A stretch of DNA of 64,000 nt from the human T2T-CHM13v2.0 reference genome, Homo sapiens: the NCBI RefSeq assembly GCF_009914755.1, contig NC_060930.1. The stretch is one strand, 5' to 3'. Below are positions 63,811 to 64,000 of the stretch, one piece after another. The notes beneath the pieces were generated by a model that was not told the origin of the DNA, ran no database searches, and saw only the letters and a list, made by a program, of their open reading frames with translations. Position numbers and translations under genes: made by a program. Position 1 is the stretch's first letter. Each line of letters begins with the position of its first letter.

Positions 63811-64000
63811 TTTCTTTCAGCTGGATCTTCAAAAATGGGTAATATGGAAGGGCATTTAAAGTAGAAGAAAAGAGTATAAACAAAGGCATTGGAGCAAAAG
63901 AATATAGGGGATTCAATTTTGCTAAAGTATGAAAGGAAGTAGTAAGAAATAATACCGGTAAGTTATATTGGTATCAAAGCACACAGTGATTTTCAGAGGG

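Overview
Human (primate) genomic DNA rich in Alu, L1, L2, MIR and LTR repeats, carrying two convergent spliced genes. On the + strand are exons 2-9 and the 3' UTR of NT5E (CD73, GPI-anchored ecto-5'-nucleotidase), about 7862-36590; exon 1 lies upstream of the window. On the - strand are the last eight exons and 3' UTR of SNX14, about 46300-58853. All 16 exons have canonical AG acceptors, all internal exons have GT donors, and they join in frame. The ~9.7 kb between the two 3' ends is packed with MaLR LTRs and DNA-transposon fossils. Almost all other entries in the ORF track are repeat-derived or chance ORFs. I found no evidence of a new gene or a new biological system. The best second-look items are: (1) a local duplicate of an SNX14 splice acceptor plus part of its exon, which would act as a poison or decoy exon; (2) a 25-nt U6 snRNA retrocopy with TSDs, nested in a full THE1 provirus that itself splits an MLT1 LTR; (3) a 30-bp templated copy of L1 sequence inside a Tigger2 end; (4) an intact antisense ERVK-class solo LTR in NT5E intron 4; (5) intronic read-through or polyadenylation routes to GPI-less CD73; (6) inverted Alu layouts around SNX14 exons. 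Repeat family names come from recalled consensus sequences, and boundaries of old repeats are approximate.
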